Virus record (IMG/VR): IMGVR_UViG_3300031787_000065
Coordinates: 1 to 64,000 of that record
Source of the DNA: a virus
Direction: 5' to 3' (one strand)
Length of the DNA stretch: 64,000 bases
Shown: positions 40,601 to 50,512 of the stretch, piece by piece
How positions within the stretch are numbered: position 1 is the first letter of the stretch
Layout: every line of letters begins with the position of its first letter
Notes under the pieces: generated by a model
Told to the model about the DNA's origin: nothing
What the model saw: the letters and a program-made list of their open reading frames with translations, nothing else
Database searches by the model: none
Translations under genes and position numbers: made by a program

Positions 40601-42416
40601 TAATAATATAATGATCACCGGCTGGATTTGTAATTTCATTTTCTTGAAAATATTGATTCTTGGTTGACAATGGATTGGTAGATATGCCAAGATCATCAAT
40701 GTTATTAAGGCCAGATATAGTAGCTATATTGCCAGCAAAATGGTTGTTATTACTAGCAACGTTTTGTAAAAATGAGTTCTTGCGCGACGTAACGTTTAAT
40801 AAACCGTCATCACTATAACCAATAACGTCTAATGGATAACTATTTGAGCCAGCGACTTTCTTTGCCACTACCCTCAGTTCTATTTGATCAACAGTGAAAT
40901 AATTGTCTGTTTCTGATACATATTGTAATTCAGCAGTATCAAATGCATTATTGTCTCCACCAAATGAGAATGCGCCATCAGAATAAGAAACAACTGACTG
41001 TGGCGGTCTGTGACTAAATTTTAGTGTTAGGCGACCGCTATCTATGGGAGAAGAATTATCATATAAAGTAATAAAATTATATGGGGCATCATCTTGTAGC
41101 TTAGAAGATAGATATTTTATACCAGAAGCGTAGTCGTTATAAGCATAGATACTAGTATTCCCAACTAGTGTTCTCCATGAACTAAGGCCGCTGGGAAAAA
41201 TTCCTAAATCAAATCCACTAGCTAATATTTCTGACGGATAAATATTTCGAACAGTTCTTTGGCCAGTTGGTTTTACTTCTGAGTGGAATGATAGATAATT
41301 ATCCCTTATCACTCCAACGCTTCCACTACCACAAATTTCAATAGCTGATATTCTTATACTATTATTAGGATTTAAATTAAAACCTTGATTTTGTGTTGAT
41401 AGTGGAGAACCTGCGTATGATAAATAATCATTAATATATCCAGATGTTTGTAAAACCTCTACCTTACAAGTGTCTTCATAGCCTTTACTAAATCCTTCTG
41501 AGAATGGATCATCAAGACAGTCTATGTCAAAATCTAAGTTTAAGGTATACCCGCTAGGCAAACCAAAAATGGGATATCCACTATACCAAGAGTAACCAGA
41601 AGCAGGGTTAACTTCTGCATGAGTGATATATGTTGCAAACTTACCATCACCCCTTAACGTAATGTCTTTATATTGAGAAATTAAATTGCCAGATGGGTCT
41701 TGTAAAGATATATTAGATATCGAATACTGTGGCGGAATGTCAGAAGAAAAATCAGACAGTGGAGCAAACGCCCTTAATACCAAAACGCTATCTTTGATGT
41801 CGGCTACTGGTGGAGTTATTTCACACTTATATCTAAACTTGCCCTTTGTAAACACGGATGATGGCTGTATATAGCTAGAATGGTCATCTGATATTATACG
41901 GCTACCAGAAGATCCATGTCTTATATAATCACCGGTAAAAACACCCTCATCAACATAAGAATATAAATTATTTGTATTGAGGTCTTTGTTGATAAAGAAA
42001 CTATTATTCTGCTCTATTGTGATGTCTTTAATTGGATAAAGTTTTTGATTATACTTAGAAGTATCTATAGATTTAGATGCATAAAATTTGTCAACAGAGT
42101 TTATTTTGAATATTGGATTACCAGATAGCTTTGTTATCGCATTATGAGATAGTCTAAAATTTGCTTTTATATTAGTTTCTGGTTTTGTTATAAGTTCTCT
42201 TAAATTCATAGAAGCATTATGAAATGCCTTAACAGTTCCTTGCGCAGAAATTTTGGCAAATCTTGGAACATCAGAAGAATTATTAGGCTTAATAGAGGAT
42301 AGGCCGATTAGTCTACTAGGAATAGAGCAAGAAACATTCATCATAGCTTTGATAGAGCTAGACTGACTTAGTTTTGTGGTCTGATTTTTAGCAAATGATA
42401 GACATACAGTAGACAT
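37686..42416 (-). CDS. large virion/tail protein with a probable LamG/concanavalin-like domain (1576 aa)
   Basis: FACYIRFTP...LLITYND...LRIYTD; C-terminal LxL repeats; directly after the tape measure. Confidence 0.55.
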   Translation of the reverse strand: MSTVCLSFAKNQTTKLSQSSSIKAMMNVSCSIPSRLIGLSSIKPNNSSDVPRFAKISAQGTVKAFHNASMNLRELITKPETNIKANFRLSHNAITKLSGNPIFKINSVDKFYASKSIDTSKYNQKLYPIKDITIEQNNSFFINKDLNTNNLYSYVDEGVFTGDYIRHGSSGSRIISDDHSSYIQPSSVFTKGKFRYKCEITPPVADIKDSVLVLRAFAPLSDFSSDIPPQYSISNISLQDPSGNLISQYKDITLRGDGKFATYITHAEVNPASGYSWYSGYPIFGLPSGYTLNLDFDIDCLDDPFSEGFSKGYEDTCKVEVLQTSGYINDYLSYAGSPLSTQNQGFNLNPNNSIRISAIEICGSGSVGVIRDNYLSFHSEVKPTGQRTVRNIYPSEILASGFDLGIFPSGLSSWRTLVGNTSIYAYNDYASGIKYLSSKLQDDAPYNFITLYDNSSPIDSGRLTLKFSHRPPQSVVSYSDGAFSFGGDNNAFDTAELQYVSETDNYFTVDQIELRVVAKKVAGSNSYPLDVIGYSDDGLLNVTSRKNSFLQNVASNNNHFAGNIATISGLNNIDDLGISTNPLSTKNQYFQENEITNPAGDHYIINNAPLVTSTSFQEYVIPLEIYEDQVSIGKSRAYNISPMFENLYIDLYPIPSGASISTAYLVVTYKPSNALQLHTFGQAQSSELVLRNLKLLPSSSSGTQIIHNINSSSLAPLPHAYSYSSGVTTNYSNRWKGVDGNVVWGPFNPDQFSADFYNPPSDNPFTYGYYNFNHIEEIFNLLYPSGLVHLISRESIPNTPSSNSTNTLVWLGGITAKIQDQNIGYRLNNSSIFSEPTPNKTIDWTKTNSQQNINITINDSFDRFVNVGRFGNLPRLTDNSTPFNYKNGFACYIRFTPSNQAISNSYDLFNSGVIATFGNISGDTTNNLTIKYGNGYLNVTCKDTNDNYISISDTAHYSEYTYPLSLLITYNDNNSKKLRIYTDNESIDNFTILRAESSEFNIEQIGSGIVIGRINNNDVNLPIFLSELGLSDGSNFGCNIVSNNPIKSNKQISVSSFFDSIRSQSNNRYKLYDFIDDDTDKWLLGDYNYGHFSADFFRMTKRDGDDYIVHNLNHSGSGYLQISNLLPTPSSINLDGVSYHTQIENDFVRFSLSNVDNNFMFANSRVSKALPRDYNFAERAICVETIIEHQTLNNLIWKDGEIGPKFIVSLYTTKKDDSNRPSTKNLGLINRSTYYIRSSGNIHKLISTFNHKDILDRSEKWSNFNNDQLISEFDHKYYSYDINDMFLQYDIVYPSGSPFESSIKIHAANVKLQDAILKKEDSNSILNLVSSGEKKALNTINLHTAGLSPLYASLNLSTDGKPIDTHNVAVNMFTTSAYNRNANLGLSCLNIGRISSFTNNNFGSISPNDESFVPELGLFLIANEKFDYQILPLNTHVQESYPSQSQQIGLFASNKVAETILNSVNIFVNSRSPVEDNYPLATMNLVIDGLKDIVSFGNDFNLYLQCVGSYESIESSVGLFTINYPAFNQQINQQGVIMWTSDNVGKSITSLDNDKAFLEANDEIRGVDIICYGDCQ

Positions 42417-42419
42417 AAT

Positions 42420-45400
42420 TTACTTACCAAGAACTGTTTGTGATTTCACAATGTTACCACCGGGACCAACTCTATAATTTCCTAATTCTTTAGCTAGTTG
42501 ATCAAAGAGTTCTTTCTGTATTTGATCTTTAAGCGTAGACAAGAATGAAGCTCCTTGGAAGTTAACATTAATATTAGCTGTCTCTAGTTTAATCTGGAAT
42601 TTAGTATTTTGTAAGTTTGTAATATTAGCAGATAGATCTTTATTAAATGTATTTAATGCACTAGCAAGATTGCTGACCACCTGTGGATCAAGATTCACTG
42701 GTTGCATTCCGGTTAACATGGACATTAACTTGCCAACAAGTCCACCATCTGATAGATACTGTGTTCCACCGCGAATCTTGCCGCCACGATTAGCATATGC
42801 GGTGCCGCTACCAGAAACATGATTTCCACTATTTATAGCTTTTAGTAGTTGTAGATTATTCTGCGTAGCCCTTCTATTTACAACAAACTCTCCAGGAGTT
42901 AACATTGCTGGAACAGTATCTGTTCCGCGTGGAACAAACATGCCTCTACTAGCATAAACCATTCCTCCGCGAGCAAATCCAGATGCGGCCTCATTTCCGC
43001 GTTGTATAATTTCTTCTAGCTTAATATTAGCTTGAGATACAATAATCTCGGCTGTATTTAACTCCATTTGTGCCATATCTATGCCAACCTGTCCAGTTTC
43101 ACTTAAAACTCCACCAAGTTCTCGTATTCTTGCTCTCTTTCCTTCTTCTTCCGGTGTTGTTCCAGCTAGAGACTGAGCGGCGAATGGGCTTTGAATTCCT
43201 CTCGCAGCTAAAGCAGATTGAGCAGCCATTTCTCCAAGACCACCAGCGCCAGATAATTGTACTCCATATAGAGACTGAACACCAGCCTCCATTTGTCTTT
43301 GAATATCTTGGAAAGCTGACGCTAAAGCAGAGGCTCCAAATTGATTGATTAAACTTTCATTTCCAGTTGCAATAGCAGCCGTAGCACCAACTGCTGCTTG
43401 TTGTTCAAAGAACTTTTCTATATCGCCAGAAATCAACGATTCCATTGACTGCTTTTCTAATTTATTCTTTTCTTGAATAATCTTAAGCTCATCTTGTTCT
43501 AGCTTAATTAATGATCTGATAGTATCTATTTGTGTTCTATAAGCTTTTTGTAAATCTCTTTGTTGTTCAGAAGCTTCAACGCCAGAAGCTCCTTGCAATC
43601 CGCCCTCTGTTCTTGCTCTTTCCTCATAAGTAGCTGCGCCAGCCCTGAGTTCTATATTTCTGCGTCTAAGTTCTTCTGCGCTACCACTTCTGAAACCACT
43701 TAGACCTAGACGGTCGCCCTCAACATTAGCTTTTCCAAGAATGACCCCTCTTCTTTCCGCTCCGGTAACGGCCATGCCGCCAGCACCAGCTTGTACTTCT
43801 CGTCCCTCTAGGTATAAATCTAATGCTTCTTGTTGTGCTTCAACTAACTTTCTTTCTGCTTCTATTCTCTTTTGAGTTAATTGAATAATTACCTGTTCGG
43901 CCTTTTGTCTTTCTTGAGCAATTTTAATTATGCTTTCAATTTGTTTTTGTTGAGCTTCTCCTAATTTATTGCCAAATACTTCATAATTTCCACCGATTAT
44001 TTGATCAATTTCGTCATCTGTAAGATTAATACCCTCTATAGCTTTCTTAAGATTTTCCTTTGCTGGACCACCAACTAGATTAGAAAGTTCTGTAGCTAGC
44101 TCCTTTCTAAAATCTTCAGCATTTAATCCTTTAAAAGCTTTGTCTCCTATTCTTTGTCTAACATTTTCAAATGCTTGAGAATATTTTTGCTGAGCAGCAA
44201 CGAAAGCGTTGGTATTATTTTCAAACTTAGACACAAACGCTGGAGAAACTCCTAATTTTTCTAAATTTTGCGCAACATTAGATACTGCATTTTTAATGTC
44301 TGTAGGATCCATAGCTTGAGCGGCACTGCTAACAGCTTCTCTTAAAAACTCTGCGTCGGAAACAAACGCTGAAGAACCAGCCTCAAAACTAGAAGCAAAC
44401 CTCGCCATGCTCGCTGACATAGCTGTGGATGTTGCTTCCGCTCCACGTAAACCTAAATTCATTGCCTCAAATGATGCTTTAGCTCTAGCAACTTCTTTTT
44501 CAAGATTAAGTAATTCAGAGTTAATTTGATCTACTTGTCCCTTAAGTTGAATAAATGCTTCTTGCGCTGCTGCTGCACCCTCAGCGTCACCAGCCTTAGC
44601 TAAATTAGTTGCTTTGTCACTTAAATCTCGTAATCTTTGTAATTTATCATCTCTAGTACCAATTCCTAGGGCTTCTCTTCTCACCCGTTCTGGATCTTGA
44701 CCTCTCGCCAAACCAGAACGTATAGCTGCTTGTCTGGCTGGAGACTGTAATTCAAAAGCTCTAGCTTGACCCTCATTGCTCTTTCTAATCATCTCTGCGC
44801 TTTGTTCACCAAGTTTATCGTCTCTTTCTTGTGCAGAATCAACATACCCAAAAGTGGCTGTAGCTCTAACGTCTCGGAAATATCCTCCCCAAGTTCTATT
44901 TCCATTTTTATCATATTGCCTATTTTCTGTATTAGATTGAGCAAAGTCTAAAGCTCTATTTTGTTGTATTGTGGCGGATTCAGTAGAGGTTCTAATTCTA
45001 GCTAATGCTTCTGATGCGGTTATAGTTCCTCTCTCAAAATCCTGCATCGCCGTGGTTGCTGTTTTTTGAGCTTGATCAAGAGATTTCTGCGTACTTATTG
45101 CTCCAGCTTGCGCAGCCGCCAAGTCAACAGCACTTTTTGTTGTTGTTTCAAAATTTGATGCTACTCCAACTAAGCCAGTACCCAAACCAACTAAAGCTCC
45201 CACAGCGGTGCCAACGACAGGAATAAAACTTCCAATTGCAGCGCCAGCAGCAGTAGCTGCTACTACTCCACCAGCAGACCCCGCTCCGCGCTGAAAATTA
45301 CTTTTTTCTAAAGCTACAGACTTAGCTTCTTCAACATTGCCGGATTTTATTGCTTTATTAAGTCTTCCTTCAAAATTATAAATACTTTCGGCTATAGCAT

Positions 45401-48400
45401 TAAAGGCGGCTTGTGCTAGTGCCGCTCCACCAACAACTGCAAGCAAGGGGCCAGCGAGCTTTGCAAGCCCATTAGCTGTACCAGTTAATAATCCAGCTAA
45501 ATCTTTACTGCCACCAACTCCTCTGACAGTATTGAAAACAGCTTGTTTTCCACCATTTCCAATTCCTCCACCGCTAAAGAAGTTCATTAAGGCTTGTTTT
45601 TTCATGCTAACACCAAAGGCTTCTAGCGCAGTCATTGTCGCAAAAACAGTTGTTACACAACCAAGCAAAGAATGGCTTAATTTTGTCAGAGCGCCACTGC
45701 TTTCATCAACTGCTGGTAAAAATCCTTGAAGCAAGCTTGTTGCCATAGATGCAGCAAACATTTTATTATCTGATATCATCCCTCCCGATCCACGACTATT
45801 ATTTACGCCAGCCGATCCGCCCACGCCGCCGCCAGTTCCGCCAGATCTAGCACCAACCGTTCCACCCACTGTAGACCACGGATTAGACGGTCCAGTGGGG
45901 CTAGTTGGTGCAGTAGCTGGTCTACTACTTGTAGATGTTTTTGAAGAAGATGCAGAAGAATTTTTTGCTTTAGTATCATTATCAAGAGCTTTAATATAAC
46001 GAGCCATAGCAGCTTGAATTTCTGCGTCTGACTTTCCTTGTCTTTGTAAAGAGCTAATATATTCAGAATATTTTAGAGCTATTTTTTCTTGAGCAGTTTG
46101 CGTTCTATTGTTTGCTATAGCATTAGCTCTAACAGAATCTACAAGAGCGGGAACAACCGTTTGTATGTTGGCAAATGCTAACCTTGTTTTAGCGGTTTCT
46201 GACCCAAGACCTCTTATTAGATCTGATACTGAAAATACTGTTTTTTCTAAAATACCAAAAATTCTAGGATTGATACCAAACGCTTGAGATCCAACGCGAT
46301 CAAAAGATGGTTTTACTCCAGTTCCGGCAGTACCCGTGGCAAATCTTTGAACAACTCCACCCTTTGCATATCTACCAACCTTATTCATACGATTTAACGC
46401 ACCGTACCCAATATTCTGCGCAGATGCACGATTAATAACAAATTCACCAGGAGTTAGTAGTGCTGGAACAGTATCTGTACCAACGCCGCCACCAGTGGCA
46501 AAGCCTCGCCTTCTCTGTCTTGCGGCTAAGAAGCCCTTTTGCCTTTCGCTGCCACCCTCATACTCTCTAGTCGCTAAACCCTGCTTTTGCCTAAAAGTTT
46601 CTATGCGGTCTTGCTTTTCAAGTTTTGCCGCCATAGTTTTTTGATAAAGAGCAGAGTCTGGTGGTCTATATGAAAGTAAACCAAACTGTTTTTCAAGATC
46701 ATAATATTCTAACGCTAAGCTCTCAGCGCCAGTTCTGGGATTTATTTTTCTTTCTTGCATTAACTCCTTTAACTTGTCTAAAGTTATGCCCTTACGCTTT
46801 GCGGCAGCTTTCATATCATCTATGCTATATCGCAAAGACCCAACAGTAAATAGTTCTGGTCCACCAACTTCGCCACCGGTTGCAAATTTTTGTATTAAAC
46901 CACCAAAATGTTTCTTTTGAATTTTTATGCCAGATAATACGCCATTATTAATAGAATTAATTATTTTACTAGAAATGCTACCGCTTCCAGCATCTCCATC
47001 TATGATTTTACTAGAATAAGACGCCTTTGCATCAGCTTGTTTTAGTTTAGAAATGCCGGTTTCATTTCCAAATAAAGCTGCTAATCTTTTTCTACTACCC
47101 TGTAAAGATGAGGATGGGAAATCAAAAACGGCATTGCCAGAAGCAGGCTTTGCGCCAGTTAAAGCGTCTATAACTCCTTCGTATAGATATCCAGACGTTG
47201 TTCTAATAGCTCCAGCGTCAGATTGAATACGCTTGGCGGCAGACGAAAGCAAAGCATCATTACTGTCAATAGGTGGAATATCTAATAACTTTTTAGAAGA
47301 TACCTCGTTAGCAACAGACATTACTGCTTCTGATAATTTATTTTTTACATTGCTTTGAATAATTTGACTCAAAGATCCAGACTGTATATCGCCAATAGAA
47401 GGATAAAATGTCTGTATTTGTCCAGCTTGAAGAATACCCTTGGCAGAAAATGTGTCTGGCTTGCCAGCCATTTTATCGCCCTTATTTTTATAAGGATTTA
47501 CTCCATTTAATGACAATAATTTAGGATTTGTTATATCAAATGTTTTTTGTTTAAATGGTTTTAATCCGTCTGGAGTTCCTTCTTTGTTCATAAAGAAAGC
47601 TCCAATATTTCCGGGATCTACTGAAAACATTAATTCATCTTTATCTCTTCCAGATGTAAATTTCTTTTTCTTAGTTTGGCTTTCTGTTTTTTGTATTTTC
47701 TGTGCGCCTCTAGCTCTTGCCAATTTTTGAGCCATAGTCATTGGCCCGCCGTCTTCATATCTATTCTCATTCATCGCCGCCAAATTAGCAGCACCCAACT
47801 TTTGAACACTACTCTTTCGTATAACGAATTCTCCAGGACTTAACATGGCAGGAACAGTATCTCTATTACCAGTTCCGGGAACCATGCCACCCCTAGCAAA
47901 ATGGTGAACTTTGCCACCCTTGTTGAAGGTTCTAGCGGAAGCTAAACCTCCACCAATCCCGCCAAGAAAAGAACCAAGACCTCTAGCTATTCTAATAGCA
48001 GCTAAAGCTCCTAATAATGGAAGTAGTGGCTTAATAGAATCAGCGAGCTTGATTAAAGATGTGGCTAAAGATAGGGCGGTATTAGCCATAATCTGGAATG
48101 TGGCGGTTTCTGTAATGCTACGAACTAACGCAAGAAATTCTTCTTTAACCTTAGTTATTCTAATGGCTAAAGCTTGTTGCGCAGTGGCAGCGTCTTGAGC
48201 TAAACTGTTTCCAGATTTTTGTGCAACATTAAGCGCGGATTGTGCTACTGAAAATTGTTGTAGTAATGGTAATACTTTACCAATCTGTCGGAACCCACCA
48301 AGTTCTTCTGCTACTCTAATAAATGTTAAATCACCCTCGCCAAGACCGGCTAATGCGCCACTCAATCTTTTCACAGCTTCAAATGGGCCAACGAACTTGC

Positions 48401-49271
48401 CTTCTAAGTCTACAAGCTCAACACCAAACTGTTTTAAGAATTCAATAGTTTGTGGTCGCTGAATACGTGTGAAAATAGTACGCAAGCCAGTACCAATACT
48501 TTCAGCACTTTCTCGCGTCGTTGCTCTTACTGAAGTAAATAATGCTAGTAATTCATTTAGATCTCCACCAGATGCCTTAAACACACCGCCCGTTCTACGA
48601 ATAACGTCAATTAAGTCTCCAGCTTCTACTGCGAACGCGCCAGCAACAGCATTAATAGACCCAAGCTGCTTTTCTAATGATCCAACTCCCTCTTGGAACT
48701 GTGCTAGAATGGCAATAGCGCCTTCCGCCGTTTCAGTAATACTATCAAAGTTAGGAGCTAAAGCTGCCCTTGCCAATGATTTAAGTGCTACTTCAGTATC
48801 TTTAGAATTTAAACCAGCCTGTAATAGGATGGTAGACACTTCTAATAATGACTGAGAAGATACACCAAGGCCGGTTGATAAGTCAGTAATAGTACTAGTT
48901 AATTTACTAAGCTTACTGAGACTTTCGCCAGTAACCTGAGAAATTTTAACTAATTGTCTTTCAAAATCAATAGCTGTTTGTACAGCGTCACCAAGAGTGC
49001 TGGTAAATAAACCAACAGCCCTTGTGGCAATAGAGAAAGCTGCAAAACGACGAACAGATACAGCAAATGCTCGTCCCATCCTTTCCGCCGCAGTTGTGGC
49101 GTTATTGGTGTTCTGAGTTATTTGCTGTATTTGTCTTTGAGCTTGCTGCGCGCCTTGAACCTGTACATTAACGGTGACGTTATTTAACTGGCTCTGTATT
49201 TGGCGAACAACTTGTGCTACATTATTGGGTGCTTGTAATTGTAATTGTGCGGTCAGTACAAATCTGGACAT
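42420..49271 (-). CDS. tape measure protein (2283 aa)
   Basis: N-terminal TP901-like core (AIDFERQL, ESAESIGTGLRTIFTRI); Ala/Gln helical repeats, hydrophobic Gly-rich segment, three DTVPAxLxPGEFV motifs. Confidence 0.92.
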   Translation of the reverse strand: MSRFVLTAQLQLQAPNNVAQVVRQIQSQLNNVTVNVQVQGAQQAQRQIQQITQNTNNATTAAERMGRAFAVSVRRFAAFSIATRAVGLFTSTLGDAVQTAIDFERQLVKISQVTGESLSKLSKLTSTITDLSTGLGVSSQSLLEVSTILLQAGLNSKDTEVALKSLARAALAPNFDSITETAEGAIAILAQFQEGVGSLEKQLGSINAVAGAFAVEAGDLIDVIRRTGGVFKASGGDLNELLALFTSVRATTRESAESIGTGLRTIFTRIQRPQTIEFLKQFGVELVDLEGKFVGPFEAVKRLSGALAGLGEGDLTFIRVAEELGGFRQIGKVLPLLQQFSVAQSALNVAQKSGNSLAQDAATAQQALAIRITKVKEEFLALVRSITETATFQIMANTALSLATSLIKLADSIKPLLPLLGALAAIRIARGLGSFLGGIGGGLASARTFNKGGKVHHFARGGMVPGTGNRDTVPAMLSPGEFVIRKSSVQKLGAANLAAMNENRYEDGGPMTMAQKLARARGAQKIQKTESQTKKKKFTSGRDKDELMFSVDPGNIGAFFMNKEGTPDGLKPFKQKTFDITNPKLLSLNGVNPYKNKGDKMAGKPDTFSAKGILQAGQIQTFYPSIGDIQSGSLSQIIQSNVKNKLSEAVMSVANEVSSKKLLDIPPIDSNDALLSSAAKRIQSDAGAIRTTSGYLYEGVIDALTGAKPASGNAVFDFPSSSLQGSRKRLAALFGNETGISKLKQADAKASYSSKIIDGDAGSGSISSKIINSINNGVLSGIKIQKKHFGGLIQKFATGGEVGGPELFTVGSLRYSIDDMKAAAKRKGITLDKLKELMQERKINPRTGAESLALEYYDLEKQFGLLSYRPPDSALYQKTMAAKLEKQDRIETFRQKQGLATREYEGGSERQKGFLAARQRRRGFATGGGVGTDTVPALLTPGEFVINRASAQNIGYGALNRMNKVGRYAKGGVVQRFATGTAGTGVKPSFDRVGSQAFGINPRIFGILEKTVFSVSDLIRGLGSETAKTRLAFANIQTVVPALVDSVRANAIANNRTQTAQEKIALKYSEYISSLQRQGKSDAEIQAAMARYIKALDNDTKAKNSSASSSKTSTSSRPATAPTSPTGPSNPWSTVGGTVGARSGGTGGGVGGSAGVNNSRGSGGMISDNKMFAASMATSLLQGFLPAVDESSGALTKLSHSLLGCVTTVFATMTALEAFGVSMKKQALMNFFSGGGIGNGGKQAVFNTVRGVGGSKDLAGLLTGTANGLAKLAGPLLAVVGGAALAQAAFNAIAESIYNFEGRLNKAIKSGNVEEAKSVALEKSNFQRGAGSAGGVVAATAAGAAIGSFIPVVGTAVGALVGLGTGLVGVASNFETTTKSAVDLAAAQAGAISTQKSLDQAQKTATTAMQDFERGTITASEALARIRTSTESATIQQNRALDFAQSNTENRQYDKNGNRTWGGYFRDVRATATFGYVDSAQERDDKLGEQSAEMIRKSNEGQARAFELQSPARQAAIRSGLARGQDPERVRREALGIGTRDDKLQRLRDLSDKATNLAKAGDAEGAAAAQEAFIQLKGQVDQINSELLNLEKEVARAKASFEAMNLGLRGAEATSTAMSASMARFASSFEAGSSAFVSDAEFLREAVSSAAQAMDPTDIKNAVSNVAQNLEKLGVSPAFVSKFENNTNAFVAAQQKYSQAFENVRQRIGDKAFKGLNAEDFRKELATELSNLVGGPAKENLKKAIEGINLTDDEIDQIIGGNYEVFGNKLGEAQQKQIESIIKIAQERQKAEQVIIQLTQKRIEAERKLVEAQQEALDLYLEGREVQAGAGGMAVTGAERRGVILGKANVEGDRLGLSGFRSGSAEELRRRNIELRAGAATYEERARTEGGLQGASGVEASEQQRDLQKAYRTQIDTIRSLIKLEQDELKIIQEKNKLEKQSMESLISGDIEKFFEQQAAVGATAAIATGNESLINQFGASALASAFQDIQRQMEAGVQSLYGVQLSGAGGLGEMAAQSALAARGIQSPFAAQSLAGTTPEEEGKRARIRELGGVLSETGQVGIDMAQMELNTAEIIVSQANIKLEEIIQRGNEAASGFARGGMVYASRGMFVPRGTDTVPAMLTPGEFVVNRRATQNNLQLLKAINSGNHVSGSGTAYANRGGKIRGGTQYLSDGGLVGKLMSMLTGMQPVNLDPQVVSNLASALNTFNKDLSANITNLQNTKFQIKLETANINVNFQGASFLSTLKDQIQKELFDQLAKELGNYRVGPGGNIVKSQTVLGK

Positions 49272-49304
49272 ATTTTTCCTTTACTGATACGCGCACTATC
49301 CAAA

Positions 49305-50147
49305 TTACTGTCCGTCGCTGGTAGATGTAGTACTAATATCTATTTTCTTACCCTTTTCGTCAATATAAGTAACGGTTGGCACATAATTGCCAAATTCGTC
49401 TAGAATATTGCCGTCTTTGTCTACCCTTTTGCCCTCATCGTTAAGATAAAAGCCATTTCTGTCTATTCTTCGCCCCTCAGTGTCTACGGTTTCACCCCTG
49501 TCATTTACTAAACTAAGGTTATCGTCAACAAAGTGGAACATTTTAAGGAATTTATTTTCTGGTAGCTTGGCCTCAAAATCCTTGTCTACGGCATATAGCA
49601 TTGAAGCTAGATTAGTAGCGGCAGCGAAGCCAATTTCGCTATCAGCATTTTCCTTGTATTCGTCTAAATTAGAATACACCTTATTACCATTTTCATAATA
49701 AGTACAAGCGGAAACTAGGTAATCAAATCTAGAGTTATCCGATATAGATTCGGCTGTATTTTGCTCTAGTGACATTTTCTCAGCTATTAGGTCGCGAAGC
49801 TCATTTCTCTTGATTCTCATCTGAATAGCAATATCCTTGCCCTCTGTAGCTCTCATCTTACTATTCTTGTGAGTACCACCAACGTACAACTTCTTTTCTA
49901 AATCGCTAATTTCTTGAACAATCTTACGCTGTTCTTCGTCCTTACCGTCATCCCAAATGCCCTGTTCTTTCATGAACTTTTCAAGCTCCTTCTTGGTCAT
50001 GATGCCATCTCTGACACAATCTGTCCAAGTTTTAGCTCCAACCCTTTGGGCCTGAGATAAAATTACGTTGTTGGGCTTTTTAATAACGATCTTAGTTTTT
50101 TCGCCGCCCACATTAACTTCTACTATTTTTTCCTTTTCCTGAGACAT
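49305..50147 (-). CDS. probable tail assembly chaperone
   Basis: Charged helical protein directly before the TMP; C-terminal D..G..VD repeats. Confidence 0.5.
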   Translation of the reverse strand: MSQEKEKIVEVNVGGEKTKIVIKKPNNVILSQAQRVGAKTWTDCVRDGIMTKKELEKFMKEQGIWDDGKDEEQRKIVQEISDLEKKLYVGGTHKNSKMRATEGKDIAIQMRIKRNELRDLIAEKMSLEQNTAESISDNSRFDYLVSACTYYENGNKVYSNLDEYKENADSEIGFAAATNLASMLYAVDKDFEAKLPENKFLKMFHFVDDNLSLVNDRGETVDTEGRRIDRNGFYLNDEGKRVDKDGNILDEFGNYVPTVTYIDEKGKKIDISTTSTSDGQ

Positions 50148-50150
50148 ATT

Positions 50151-50510
50151 TTAGTCCTCCTTATTTAGTTTTTGTTGAATTACTGGCATTTTCATCGAAT
50201 ATCTTAACCATTCTACCTCATACTGGGCTAATTCAGCATCAATATTACGAGCTTGATTATTGCCCTTGTCTAAAATGTCTGACCTAACCTTATTATAAAG
50301 ATTTTTCATAACCTCTTGTTCTTTGGTCAATTTACCATCTGGGCTTGACCATAAAAATCCAAAGCTCTCCTCTATTGTGCTAAGAGCGCCTATCATAGTA
50401 GTCTGAATTTTCTTCTTCAAAATTTTAGATAGTCTATCTTTAGAATCAGCCTTGTATTTTGTTTCTCTAAGCTTTTTATACTCAGCGTGTTGCTTCCTAA
50501 GATCGTCCAT
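50151..50510 (-). CDS. hypothetical protein (tail assembly region)
   Basis: ORF with GGAGG SD between tail tube and TMP. Confidence 0.55.
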   Translation of the reverse strand: MDDLRKQHAEYKKLRETKYKADSKDRLSKILKKKIQTTMIGALSTIEESFGFLWSSPDGKLTKEQEVMKNLYNKVRSDILDKGNNQARNIDAELAQYEVEWLRYSMKMPVIQQKLNKED

Positions 50511-50512
50511 TA

